From assembly GCF_036971445.1 (NCBI RefSeq), contig NC_091477.1, positions 105,214,001 through 105,278,000 of the forward strand: DNA of 64,000 bases, read 5' to 3'. The position numbers and the translations under genes are program-made. Of the stretch, positions 39,540-53,194 are shown piece after piece (position 1 is the first letter of the stretch; each line of letters starts with the position of its first letter). The DNA is from Narcine bancroftii (Eukaryota). Under the pieces are notes generated by a model. The model made no database searches. It saw only the letters and a list, made by a program, of their open reading frames with translations, and was not told the origin of the DNA.

Positions 39540-39983
39540 ATATATAACCAATGTTTTAGACTTGAGCCCTTCATCAAGGTAAGATGAACATATCTTGATG
39601 AAGGGCTCAAGCCTGAAACGTTGGGTTTTGTATCTTTATATTTGCTATATAAAGTACACTGATGGACCTGCTGAGTTTCTCCAGCATTGTGTATTTGCAT
39701 AGAGTAGGTTGAAATCTTAAATACATTGTTCAACCTTTCAACCAATTAATATTCATCTAATACTGTAATCACAAGGAAAATAAGCGATAGAAAAATGTAG
39801 GTCTGAAGTTACCAATCATGCAACTTACAGTAAATCTACAGACACTTAAAATACTGCAAAAACATTTTTCTTTATACTTCATCTATCATTCCTTTGCATT
39901 AAGTTTAGTTGCCAGGGTAATGTATTTTCTTTAAAACACAAATCCAGTTTGTAGAGAATTATACATTGAAGTAGAAGACTCAC

Positions 39984-40184
39984 TCTCTGCAGGAAGATAA
40001 AAAGCCAATGCCGCCAGGAAGGAAATGAGGACGCAGGGAGTTATGAAGTTGATCACATAAAACAATGGTTTGCGTTTGATTATGAGGTAGAAAGTCACAT
40101 CTTGGTAGTTGGTGCTATTAGGGAATTTATTGTGATAGATGTTTTTTTTTGCAGGTTTGTGAACTATTTCCCATTCACCATTCT
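39984..40184 (-). CDS. CHRND: CHRND exon 7 (201 nt, includes M1)
   Basis: cag|[67 protein letters not shown]|gtgagt. Confidence 0.97.
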
Positions 40185-41456
40185 CTGTGCAAAATGGAAA
40201 ATAAAGATGTTAGAAAAAACATAAACATTGGTCTAAGAAATAGAATGAGCAAATATTCCTGTTGGGAATCATCCCTGAGGCAATTGTCTTTAAAGAAGTT
40301 CCTTTATTATGTGCATGTGATCAATACCAGGGGTGCAATGCAAACTTTTTAGGTGCCAGAGCTCATCAAAAGTGGTGACAAGGAGGTCTTGAGAGACCTG
40401 GCCTTAGTGGTCACCATGTAGGCATTGTATAATTGAGAGCAAACAGTAGGATGAAGGGTACTTTTTATGTCCAGTATAATGCTCATCGGGAGAGGGGGGG
40501 GAGGGGTCATCACCACTCCTCCCCCGCCCCCCACCCTGCCTTGGAGTGATGAGGTGCTGGAGGGGCGCTCCAGTCAGCTCTGGCAGCACTGCACCTCTGA
40601 TCATTATCTTGGTGAATGGAAAGGTCAAAACGCTCTGCTCACTATTTATCTTCACAAAAATCTCATGGAATTGGGATAAAAGAAGTCTTAAAACTGCGTA
40701 CAGTTTATGCATTATGTCAAAAGTCAAAGAAACCTTTGTCAGCAACAATCATTGAGCTCAGATTAAATTACATATTCATTCTCTCTCATTCCTGAAATAA
40801 ACAACAACCAGAATTTCAATTTTAAATATCTCAGCAGCGGGCTGATTATAATTGAGGATACTTTTTTTCATATGATGTGGGCATTATCAGGATTTAATAC
40901 CTGTCCCTAATTGTTCTTGAACTGAGCTATTTGCCATTTCACAGCACAGTTAAGAGTCAAACACATTGGTTTGGATCTGGACTCATTTGTTCAAGGGCTT
41001 AAATTTATTAATGTCTACAAATCGACACTGCATGTCCATTTCTGTTTTACACTTTTCTTCTTTCAGAACTGATCTTGCGTGAAAGAACCACTCAGATTTC
41101 TGTAATTCTAAAATCTAACTGTAAACATAATTTTCCTATCCTTTTATTTTTCCAAATGACCAAAGCCATCAACACCAGTGCAGAATCATCTTCAAGGTGA
41201 AGATTTCAGTCAGGAAGATCTTTTGTCATTTATTTGGAAACACATGAGGCAACCGAGTGACTGAAGTAAACATGTTTACTTGCATGGTTTTGGGACAAAA
41301 ATAACATCCCCTGCTGTCCACAAGATCCAGGGTAAGTGGATTATGCTACAAATGGGATAAGGAAACTTCAAAACAAAAATGCCAGTCTACCGTCGGTGCT
41401 CAGGGGAAAAGTTGCTGCAGTTGCTCATTGAAAAGTTAATTTTAGGTTATAATAGT

Positions 41457-41680
41457 GCGGCATGGTTAGCGTAGCAGTTAAAGTGCTAGCGATTGGGACA
41501 GGTGTTTGAATCCCACACTGTCTACGAGGAGTTTGTACGTTCTCCCCCGTGTCTACGTAGGTTTTCCCCGGGGGCTCAAGTTTCCTCCTACCGTTCAAAA
41601 TGTATCATCTGTGTAGGCCAATTGGGTGGCACTAGCTTGTGGGTGGAAAAGGCTGTATTTCTAAATTTAAAAATATTTAA
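41457..41680 (+). mobile_element. V-SINE copy
   Basis: Homologous to the other SINE copies. Confidence 0.7.
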
Positions 41681-42318
41681 ATTTAGTTAATAAAATTGAA
41701 ACCAGAGACAGGAATTCATGAAGTTAAAAATCACAAAGAAAATCTGACAATTTTGGTTTAAATTTGATGTTCTGCAATGCACAGCAGAAAGGCCTCCAAC
41801 TATTTATTGATATATCAAAAAGAATGAAACTGTGGGACAGGCTATTTCATTTTGTATAGGGACATGCAATGTATAAAATTTCCCATTTTTAAATCAGGAG
41901 TTCAACCCAGAGTTAGAGCTATATTTCCAACTTTATGGATCTCAGGTGCATTGAAAGTAAAGAATCACTCTTCACTGGAGCATTGACCACACATCATGAA
42001 TTTGACCACATTGAAAGCTTTTCCATTAAATTGATACATGTGGCTAAAATGGAGCCTTGGGAACAATTTTGTTGGACAATACCAGTTCTTGAAAAAAGAA
42101 ACCACTTGTGTTGGAGCTGTAATATTTTTATGACTAATATGTACTTTGTTTCATTTAAACAATTCCATTGACTTATCCTTTGGATAAATTAATCTTTTTT
42201 AGATCATTTTAGCATATTATTTGCAACCACAATAAAATATAATACATTTTATAACTGTATAAATGAATTTTTGCATAATAATGATCTGATAACTACTGAA
42301 GATATTAATAAAATTTAC

Positions 42319-42428
42319 CTGTGAAAGCCTCAGGATCAATAATAATCCATTCAATGGGATAATCCTTGCCATCTATAGTGTCTGTCATTAGCTCCATATT
42401 TATCTCATTTGCATTGTAATTCAAAGCA
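42319..42428 (-). CDS. CHRND: CHRND exon 6 (110 nt)
   Basis: aag|[36 protein letters not shown]|gtaaat. Confidence 0.96.
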
Positions 42429-42514
42429 CTTTGATAGAAAAAGAAAGAAGACACTAAATTTAAAATGCTGAATTTCTGTTAATGCAATGACTAACACCAG
42501 TGACAGGCAAGAAT

Positions 42515-44620
42515 ATAGAACATTACAGCAAAGTACAGGCCCTTTGGCCCACGATGTTGTGTCGCCCTATACAGGTATCTACCAAAGAAATCCTCCCTAC
42601 CTCATAACTCTCTATTTTTCTTCATCAATGTGCCTGTCTAAAAGTCTCTTGAATGCCTCAGTTGTTCCAGCCTCCACCACCACCTGTGGAAATGCATTCT
42701 AGGCACCCACAACTCTCTGTGCAAAAAAAAAACACTCCCGATGTCTCCCCTAAATCTTCCTCCCTTCACTTTGTACAAATGACCTCCAGTGTTTGCTACT
42801 TCTGTCCTGGAAAGAAGGAACTAGCTGTCTCCCTTATCTGTGCCTCCCATAATATTATTGAGTCACCTATCATCTTTGCTCCAAAGAGAAAAACTCCAGC
42901 TCTGGTATCCTTCCCTCATAAAATATATGTATCAGTTCAGGTAACATCCTGGTAAATGTCCTCTGCACCCTCTTCATAGCTTTCACATCCTTCCTGTAAT
43001 GAGGAGACCAGAATTGAACACCATATTCTCAGTGTGTTCTCACCAGACATTTATAGAGCTGCAACACCACCTCATGACTGCTGAATTCAATCCCCTAATG
43101 ATGAAGCCCAGTATATTATAGGCCTTCTTAACTATCCTATCAACCTGCACAGCAACATTGAAAGATCTCTGGATTTGGACCCCAAGTTCCCTCTGTTCTT
43201 CCACTAACATTAACCATGTATTTTGCCTTCAACTTTGACCTTCCAAAATGCATCATCTCACACTTATCTAGATTGGATTCTATCTGCTTCTTTTCTGTCC
43301 AACTCTGCTGCTAGTCTGTATCCTGATATAATCGAAGGCAATCTTCAACGCTATCCACAACTTCTCCAACCTTTGTATCATCCTCAAACTTACTGACCCA
43401 TCCCTCTACATCTTCATCCAGGTCTTTTATAAAGAGTAGGGGCCCTGCGGAACTCCACTAGCCACTGACCTCCAGGCAGAATACATTCCGTCCACTACTA
43501 CTCTCTGCTTTCTACAAGCAAGCCAATTCTGAGTCCACACAGCCAAGGTTCCATGGATCCCATGCCTCTTAACTTTCTGAACAAGTCTCTTGCCACTAAA
43601 ATCCATGTACACTACATACTGTATATATCCCACCTTCCTTAATTTCTTTTGTGTCCTCCTCAAAACACTCAATTAGGCTCATGAGGCACAACCTTGCTCT
43701 CACAAAACTGTGCTGACTCTCCCTGAGAAGACTGGACTTCTCTAAATGCTCATAAATCCTGTCCTTAAGAATCCTCTCCAATAGTTTTCCCACTACTGTT
43801 GTAAGACTCTGGTTTGGCATTCTCTAATCCTCTGGCACCTCCCTTGTGGCCAAGGAGGATGCAAAGATCATTGCCAGAGCCCCAGCAATCTTTTCTCTCC
43901 CTTCCTAGAGCAACTAGGTCCAGGGGACTTAATCTTTTCTCTCCCTTCCTACTCCCTTCCTAGAGCAACTAGGTCCAGGGGACTTAATCTTTTCTCTCCC
44001 TTCCTACTCCCTTCCTAGAGCAACTAGGTCCAGGGGACTTAATCTTTTCTCTCCCTTCCTACTCCCTTCCTAGAGCAACTAGGTCCAGGGGTCTTAATCT
44101 TTTCTCTCCCTTCCTACTCCCTTCCTAGAGCAACTAGGTCCAGGGGACTTAATCTTTTCTCTCCCTTCCTACTCCCTTCCTAGAGCAACTAGGTCCAGGG
44201 GACTTAATCTTTTCTCTCCCTTCCTACTCCCTTCCTAGAGCAACTAGGTCCAGGGGACTTAATCTTTTCTCTCCCTTCCTACTCCCTTCCTAGAGCAACT
44301 AGGTCCAGGGGACTTAATCTTTTCTCTCCCTTCCTACTCCCTTCCTAGAGCAACTAGGTCCAGGGGACTTAATCTTTTCTCTCCCTTCCTACTCCCTTCC
44401 TAGAGCAACTAGGTCCAGGGGACTTAATCTTTTCTCTCCCTTCCTACTCCCTTCCTAGAGCAACTAGGTCCAGGGGACTTAATCTTTTCTCTCCCTTCCT
44501 ACTCCCTTCCTAGAGCAACTTGGGGTATATCACGTGTGGTCCAGGGGACTTATCAATCCTATTGTTTTTAAGAGGATCTAGCACTTCCTCTTTCTTAATC
44601 TCAACATGGTGCAGCACACA
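42515..44620 (-). mobile_element. CR1 LINE in CHRND intron 5
   Basis: SLTTVVGKLLERILKDRIYEHLE..SQHSF and VYMDFS..NWLACRKQRVVVDG..SGVPQG. Tail atagaacat. Confidence 0.9.
43887..44520. repeat. 55-bp minisatellite: 10 full units plus partial units at both ends
   Basis: Unit aatcttttctctcccttcctactcccttcctagagcaactaggtccaggggactt starting at 43931, 43986 ... 44426. One substitution at 44092. Confidence 0.97.
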
Positions 44621-45696
44621 AGTGTGTTCTAATCTGATGTGTCAGAGCTATTCCACCCCTTCGCCCCCCCCCCCCCCAACCTCCCAATGGGAATCAGTGC
44701 CTACAATTACTTTGACTGGGTGTAAAAGCCATGTAGGGATTGTTTCTCCTTATCAGGTCACCCTCTGGTGTCACCCTCACCTCCCAACGACAGCTTTTAA
44801 AAGTTATAAACCTGGACAAAGCTTCACCTATTGAAATCATTGGAATCCTACAATTAAGTTCAACATCTCTGCCATTCAGAGATTTAAAAACTATTAAAAT
44901 TGAAGTAAATGTGAGAAAAAATAAATATTATAAAACGATTAAATGAAATAAGACAAAAAGTGTCTTACCCGTCGCTTTGCCTCCTTTACAATCCCCATTA
45001 AAATTGCTGGTGATTCAGATCCTATGCTCAGTTTGACGTAATGGAGAATCAAAAGATATAAAGATAGGGGATCATGACGAGATTGGTCATCAGCACAGGG
45101 CTGAATGCCTCAGTTGATCCTACTGGTGATCCTACCAGTAAGGACAACCTGCGTGAATTCTCCCCCACTCAGTTATCCCCATTTAACTTACAGGAGCTTC
45201 TCATTCCTGATGTTTAATTGAAGCAAGTGTCAGAGAACCATGACAGAGTCAATAACTGACACAAGATCTAATTAGCCACTACTGCACATACTGTTCTGGG
45301 TTGCATTCCTTTAACCTGATGATCTAGTTAGCCTGGACATGAACGTAGTTAAGTTATAGTCATGTGCAACCAAGACAAATGCAGTCCTAGACATATTTAG
45401 TCTGGGAGCAGGTGCAGAACTTTTATTATTTCAGGCAATTTCACTGAGAGAGGAGAGGTGGTCACCATTGTTGTATCGACGTCTTTGGATCTTCTTCCTG
45501 TTCTACTAACTTTTACGATTAGCATGGCAATTATCCCTGGTAGTTTCTGCATGCACACGAGGCATGTCTATCAAAATTAATTGCATTTCCTTTTCAGAAT
45601 TATCAGGTGTATAACATATAATCCTGGCAACATCTCCACCTTCACCACATGCCAATTTAGAAGAAGCAGGATTTCCATGAAATGAGTTTGTACTTA

Positions 45697-45930
<234 letters not shown>

Positions 45931-47782
45931 TCAACTAATGATATTGCAGCCTCTTATCATTATTTCCTTCTTGCCTTTACTCACAATACAATGGATTTTA
46001 CTGATGGGCAATTGAAATCAGGCTATTGGTGCCAAGCTGTGAGTCAGGTAATCAGACACTGAATAAAACTCAATCTTCCTTGGCTAAAAAGTCCTCTTAA
46101 ACCGAACCAAAGGAAAAAAAAAACCTCTCCTACTGCAATAGTGAATGACAGATTCAATTTGTCATCCCAGACTTCTGGCTTCAGAGTGAAATGATCAAGT
46201 TTATGCTATGAGAGTACTCACTAAAGTTAGAAATGTCCATACACATTTCAGACATCTTGGACAAGACAATTTTTTTCTCAGAAGTCAGGATTAATTTAAA
46301 AAAATTCAAATCACTCAAAGCTTAGATTTGCATGATATTCACATTTCTCAGATCTAAAACAAGATATTAAATTTTCTCCATGAGAGTATTAAAAAAATAA
46401 TCAATCATTTATGTGGTATCCAACTAGTTGCTGCAGGTGGGATGTGAGAGGCATCGGCTGGCTCTTCATCCTAAGGGATGCCATTTTATTCAAACACAAC
46501 TTTATTCAAACAGCCGCTGCAAGTGGGGCACGACCAGGGCACTCCACTGGCTGAAGGTTTGCTCCCAAGGAGTTGTGCGTCACATCAAAGAATATTTTGT
46601 ATAATTTAAAACCTGCGTTTGAACTTTTATTTAATTTTTTTATTTTATTCTTATTTATTTTAATGATTATTTATTTATTTCCTCCATTTTCTTTTGGCTG
46701 GTTGCTTAAGTTGCCAGTAACTTGAATTCCGGATACTGGGAATTTTACTGTATGTAGAAAAGTTCTTCTATTTTGTGGATTTGTATTCTAAAACAGTCTG
46801 AACAGATGAGCTTTGACCTCTGGATTGGTTGTTGTTTGAAGCCATTTAATCTGTGAGCAACTAACTAAGGTCAAATGGAAAAAAAAAACCATCCTCTGTG
46901 TATCCGGGTGCCACAGTATATGAGAAAAGACTTGAAATGGTTTGCATTCAACACGTAAAAACAACTTCACACTGCTTTTGTGCTTTTCCAGTTTCAGTCC
47001 AGTAGATTAATAATATTTCATACTTTTACCAATTGCGACATTCTAAGATTTCACCTGTTTGAAAAGCAGCCCAGAAGTTGTACAAAAAGCAATGGAAGAA
47101 ATTACAAGATCATTTGTTTTTAGATGTTGTTGGGACAGAATCAGAATCAGAATTTGTTGTCATGAACAAGTCATGAAATTTGGTGTTTTGTGGCAGCATC
47201 ACAATGCAAACGTTCATATTATAAACCATCTTACAGCACTAATATATAATAAAATTAATAGTGCACAAAAAGTAAGGCAGTGTCTTTGGTTCATTGATCA
47301 TTCAGAAATTTGATGGCAATGGGAAAGAAGCTGCCCCTTTGTCCCTACATTGGGAAAATAGGTCAGCTCTTCTTCTACAAACATTCTCCTAGATCTCTTG
47401 TACCAGAAATCTGAGGAATAAGTGGGAAGTTCAAACATTTCTATAAACCACATTACAAATTAGAAAAAAATAGTGGAAGTAAAATTAAAAGACAAAGTGA
47501 GGTTAGTGTCAGTGGTTCATTGTTATGTCATTGCCTTGAAATAGGAGCTCTCACCTGGAGCACTAAAAGGAGCTATGGGGAAACTAAGTGATATGTGATA
47601 CCACAACATTCAACATTCCATATTTCTGTGTCCAAGGAAGCATTTTCTCAATATGTTCAATTGGTTTTTTAATAATATGACCATTACTTTGAAGGTCAAA
47701 AATGTTGCCAAGCGAATAAAAGTGCGGTGAACAAAACCTTCTCTGTTCAATAAAGCAGCTTTGAAGAAATAAGCTTTCCTAC

Positions 47783-47892
47783 TTGTTTTCTAGGACAATG
47801 TCTGGAATCCACACTAAGTCAGGAGGAAGTCGAAGGATGGAAATGTCACTGTATTCTGATGCATTCCAGGTCAGCCGATAATCATACCATGC
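47783..47892 (-). CDS. CHRND: CHRND exon 4 (110 nt)
   Basis: tag|[36 protein letters not shown](N)|gtagga. WxPD motif of Cys-loop receptors. Confidence 0.97.
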
Positions 47893-48127
47893 CTACAACA
47901 AAAAGAGACAGTATATCGTCAGTGGAATTAGGAACCAGATAAAGAGGATCAGTTTATTAAACTAGCATTTGAGCAAACATTAATATTCATTGCATTCTTT
48001 GCATTGATGCAATGATGTTTGATGGGTTTGACTTTTTACATTATTGAATCAGTTTCTTTTCCCGACTGATTTCTTCAAGCATCGTCTAAGCTCGTGTATA
48101 ATTTACATTGTGTAAATATCAGAAATA

Positions 48128-48542
48128 AAGCAGGAAAATGCTGGAAATATTCATGAGTCTAGCAAACTGACATGGGCATTGCCTCCTCTACACTAAATAA
48201 ATCCAACACAAATTGAGTGACGATTTGGCAGAAAATTTATGTTCAGACCGCAAAAATCACCAAAAACTTCTAGATGGCCATCGCTTTATTTCTCCCTTCC
48301 ACCCTCACTTTGACCTACCCATCTGTGGTCTCCTGCTCTGTTCCAATGAACAAGCTTGAGCAACAGTACCTCATCTTCCAACAGGCATGTTTCAGCCTTT
48401 GGGATTGAAAGTCAAATTCAACTATTTTATGTCATTGCCTTTTCTGTTTGTGTTCAGAGCAGGCCAGCTGTGCTTCCATTGATATTAATTCTCTCTGCAG
48501 ACACAACTGATTTTGCGGCTATTTCCAGAATCCTTTATTTCA
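48128..48542 (+). mobile_element. Old PLE fragment (GIY-YIG remnant between inverted termini)
   Basis: aagcttgagcaacagtacctcatcttc resembles the KLEEQHLIF motif. Flanked by aaatgctggaaatattc / atttccagaat. Confidence 0.5.
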
Positions 48543-48837
48543 GCAGTGGTTTCAACCACCATTTCACAGATTTAACTTAACCCTTTATTTGATTTATTTT
48601 TTGTTCTCCAATTTGCCATCAACCAATTAAACTGACAGTTCTGTGATCATAATCCTGATGTATTAGAAAATTTCACTCGAGTAAAACAGAATTTTGGAAA
48701 CACCATGCCACTGGTATCTTTCAAAAGAAAATCGATTGTCAGGCTTTGTGGAGGAGATACTAAATTTGTTAAAGTTATGCTTATTGGTGCCTGAGTTTAC
48801 AAAAGTGATATGAAACAAGGCAGCTTCATTTACTTAC

Positions 48838-48882
48838 ATGATCAATCCATACATTCGAAGTAAGAGTCTCATCACTTTCTTT
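48838..48882 (-). CDS. CHRND: CHRND exon 3 (45 nt)
   Basis: tag|KESDETLTSNVWIDH|gtaagt. Confidence 0.96.
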
Positions 48883-50847
48883 CTAGAAGTATTGAAAGCA
48901 CAGAAGTACAGTAAAATTACTTAGTTGCAAATCAATTGCACAAGTACAAAGATCCTACACTTACTCACCAGGGGCTATACATCTGATGCACTTCAGTGAA
49001 TCATAGACAACCATTTCTTTGAAGATCTCGTCGGTGCAAGGTATTTTTGCCAGTTCGCATCCATATTTTGTGTTCATTCATGGTTAGAATGATGAATTGA
49101 CAATGACAATGAATGTCACAGTACCCAGATGAATGAATAAACAAATGTAAAATGTGATTGTCGCACTTTTTTTAGATTTGTCTGCAGATTTTTTAAAAAA
49201 TATTGGTCTCTCACACTATTTTCCTCCACAATCCAGCTGAATGGAAATGTAATTTCTCTGTTCAAAGTTCAGAAACCTCGTTAACCTCCTTGGAAGTATT
49301 AAAGGATACAAATGGTCAGAACCGTGTGGTGAGGGGCGTCCTCTGGCAACCAGGTTTCTATTCTTGTTTTTCATACTTTTCCTTATCTCTCTTTTTCCTA
49401 ATGCTTTTTCTTCTTTCTTTCTTTTTCCCTTCCTGGGGTTTTGTTAAGGGGGAGGAGATGGAGTTTTACACCATCATGTATAATGGACTTGATATTAATT
49501 CTTTACTATTGTATTTTACATTTGGTTATGGAAAATTTTTTACATAAAATTTTTAAAAACAAGGTTCAAGTTTCAGATTGATTGTCAGAGTACACACAAC
49601 CCTAGGATTCTTTTTCCTGTGGGCCAGTTAGCCTATCTACTTATCGGAAGTGCAAAAAACTGTACTCAAGACAAGAAACGTAAACAAAAGAGAGAAATGT
49701 AAACAAACTGATTGTTCAATATAGAAAATAAATATTCAATAATAAGTAATGTGCAAAGTAAGAGCCCTTAGATGAGTCTCTGATTGAGTGTGGTTTAGTC
49801 GTCTCATGGTGGAGGGTAGCAAATAGTCCTGAACCTGGTGCTACGAGTCTTGTGACACCTATAATTCTTTCCTGATGGCAGCGCCAAGAACACATCTTGT
49901 CCTGGGTGGTGTGAATACTTGTTCCCCAATGGCAGCATATAGATTTTCTCAATGGTGGGGTGAGTTTTGCCTGTGATGTACTGGGCTGTGCCCACCACCT
50001 TTGGCAGGGGTTTCCACTCAGATGTATTCACGCCCCTATGTATTTCTGGTATAGGTAGCTAATTAGTTACAATGGCTTCTCACTCCTTCCTACGTGCTTA
50101 CCTTTCAGCTTGGGGTCTTACAGGTTTTAATTTACAAGCAATTTGTAGTTTGTAGGTGGGCAAGGTGTTTTTGGTTAAAATGTCTGCATACTATTCATCC
50201 AATTTACACCCTGACTGCAACAATGAGAAACATTCCATTTAATAAATGCTAGCTCACAGAGTGTTTCTGATCATCAGAAACTTTGCTTGTATCTTATTGC
50301 TAGATAGTTAATTATTTGTTTAAAATGCATTTCCTGGTCTTTATAATGAATGCAGGAGAATGACCTTGTCAAAGCAATAATTTTATTTAAAAAAATTTAG
50401 ACATACAGCGCAGTAATGAGCCATTTATACCCAATAAACCTACAATCTGCGTATGTTTTGAAGGATGGGAGGAAACTGGAGCCTCTGGTGAAAACACATG
50501 CAGATACAGGGAGAATGTACAAACTCCTTACAGACAGTGCGGGATTCAAACCTTAGTGGCTTGGTGGTCAATGTCTATCATAGCAGCACAACATATCAAG
50601 CCCACTAAAACAGCAAGAAAAGAAATGAAATTCCCCTTCATGTGCTTCAGAGCACTTAAAATTTATTTATGCACAGATCCTATAGTGTACTGACTTATTA
50701 GCTAGTACTTTCATTTGAGTACTTTTTTGTGCATTCTGGGGATAATATACAGAAATATTAGATGAGAGATAGTGTTATCTAATTCCATTTGTCTTTGAAA
50801 TTAATACTTTCATCATGCAGAAATTACTAATAATTTAATGCAGATCA

Positions 50848-51054
<207 letters not shown>

Positions 51055-51259
51055 TTAGGAAAAAGAATGCAGTCATTGGAAACGTGTAGAGAATTACCTC
51101 ATCAATTCAAATCAATACTAGTCGACTCCAGTTTTGACTTAAAAATTGATAATTATGCTTAAAAAGAAGTTAGCCAAGGAAGGGGTGGGGGCAGAGGGTT
51201 GGGGCTAATGAAAACCCAAAAGGTTGATTACACAAAATCTACAGACACTGTGATTGCAG

Positions 51260-51900
51260 TGCCTTTTAAATGTTGTCGTTGTATATGTTTCTACAACTTC
51301 CTCTGGCAGTTCATTTCTCATACTTATGATCCTCTCTGTGTAAAAAATGTCCCTCGAGTCTTGCTTTAAATCTCACCCTCTGACCTTAAATCTATGTCCC
51401 CTATTTTGTACTTCCTTACCCTGGGGAAAAAGACTATGACTTTTTATCTTAAATATGTTCCCCATGATTTTATAAACTTCTATTGTCACCCGTCTCTCTC
51501 CTATGTTCTAGAGAAAAAAAATTCCCTGCTTATTTTATTTTAGACATACAGCACAGTGACAGACCATTTCGTCCCACGAGTCCAAGCCGCCCAATTTACA
51601 CCCAATTAGCCCACACCCACGGTACATTTCGAAAAGTGGGAGGAAACCAGAGACCTCCCAGGGAAAACCTATGCAGGCACGGGGAGAATTACAGACAGCA
51701 CAGGATTTGAATCCCAGTTCCAATTGCTGGCACTGTAAAGATGTTATGCTAACTACTACATCAACTGTGCCGCCCCAAGCCAACCTCTCCTTATAACTCA
51801 AGTCCTCCACTCCTGATAACACCTTCTCTGCATCCTTTCCAGCTTAATGACATTTTTTCTATAGTTTGGTGATCAGAACTGCAGGCAGTACTCAATCGCG
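51260..51900 (-). mobile_element. CR1 fragment with nested V-SINE (51536-51776)
   Basis: CR1 3' RT DNA interrupted by a reverse SINE. Another SINE piece lies at 50395-50552. Confidence 0.7.
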
Positions 51901-53045
51901 ATCTTGTAGAATTTAACACAAATCTCGGTTTACAGAATTTGAAAGCCTGACCCTTTGAATACATTGATCATACATGAGGCAATATGTGATGTAGTATTTC
52001 TAAAGACTCTGGGATCTTCCTCTTTGTTTCCAGCCTTGAGGTTTCCAACCCTACCTGAGTGGCCAACAATGTATTTCCAAATGGAGTGCTGCTAACATTA
52101 TCTTCACTTAAGTGCCCATTGAATAGATATCATAGCAGCTTAATGCTGCCCAAAACACTTTCAATGCATTCAGGGAAACTTACAATTAACCCACCAACCT
52201 GCACATTTTTGGGATGTGAGAGGGAACCAAAGCAACTGAAAGAAACCCATACAGCCACAGAAAGAATATGCAAACTCCACACAGACAGCACCAGGTGTCA
52301 GGATTAAACTTTACCAGCTGAGTCACTGAGTTGCATGTCTATCATATTTCTGCCATTCAGTTAACTTTGAGATTCCTTTTTTTTCCATGTCACAACTTAC
52401 TTTCCCACCTGTCCTTCAGTCATCAATCTTTGGTATGTCGTTGGTATTTTTCTGTTGTCAGAAAGCTGGTTCCATGTAACTCTGAACTAATGCATAAAAT
52501 GGGTAGATAGCCAACTGCTTCATTCAGTTTCCTGCCTGAATTTTCCTCAGAGATCCCTATTGCAGAATATTGATACGAAAAGTCAAGGAGCAAGTGTTGA
52601 TTCAATGTTGGTTTTTGTTAACCCATGAACAGTGATGAGTAAATATGAATGTAAATATTGTCAAGGACAGTCAGCACACAAAGGAGTGCAGGGTTAACCC
52701 TCCAACAGCCTAAAATGTAAAGCTGTTGAAAGTCTTTATATTTATAAGTGAACAACAGAACTTAAGCTTTTTATATCCTTAGTTCTGCATAGTTTTAATT
52801 GTTAATATAAACCCATCAAAGTTACTTGTACCCAAGCTTCTGTGGCTATCATTTTAGAAGGAAACATATTTTTAATAGCTATAGAAATTCAGTTGTCTGC
52901 AGGATGAAAGGAAATGTTACATTTCAAAATATTTAACATAATAATTCCAGGCAAGAGTGGACCACAGAAAACTAGTAGCTCAAATCTAAACAGTTATCTT
53001 TCATCACAAAGAAACAACCTTCAGTAATAATAAGATACAACTTAC

Positions 53046-53097
53046 CTGAATAATATAGGCAGGAAATGAGAAGATAAACAACATGAATGTTCCCCAT
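53046..53097 (-). CDS. CHRND: Nicotinic acetylcholine receptor delta subunit, exon 1 (signal peptide)
   Basis: ATG at 53097. MGNIHVVYLLISCLYYS+G|gtaag, matching the Torpedo delta signal peptide. 52 nt. Confidence 0.96.
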
Positions 53098-53194
53098 TTT
53101 GAAAGAGCTCAGGTCCGAATTTACTGGTTGCAGTATAGCATTTGATGTCTTATTGGGTATTCTTTGAAGGGCAGTGAGAATCTGAAACCTGATC

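Larger units (their letters stand above)
37200..39692. mobile_element. Palindromic PLE-terminus element split by the Gypsy insertion (37200-37275 plus 39540-39692)
   Basis: cagtgtactttatatagcaaa...ataaagatac pairs with gtatctttat..tttgctatataaagtacactg. Centre is cccttcatcaag / cttgatgaaggg. Confidence 0.8.

Noticed and set aside
43887-44520. CRISPR-like array
   Set aside because: Units are head-to-tail identical with no unique spacers, derive from CR1, and there are no cas genes. The DNA is eukaryotic.
44969-45021. Cryptic exon in CHRND intron 5 (tag|...GG|gtaaga)
   Set aside because: Weak pyrimidine tract and an immediate stop; such motifs are expected by chance.
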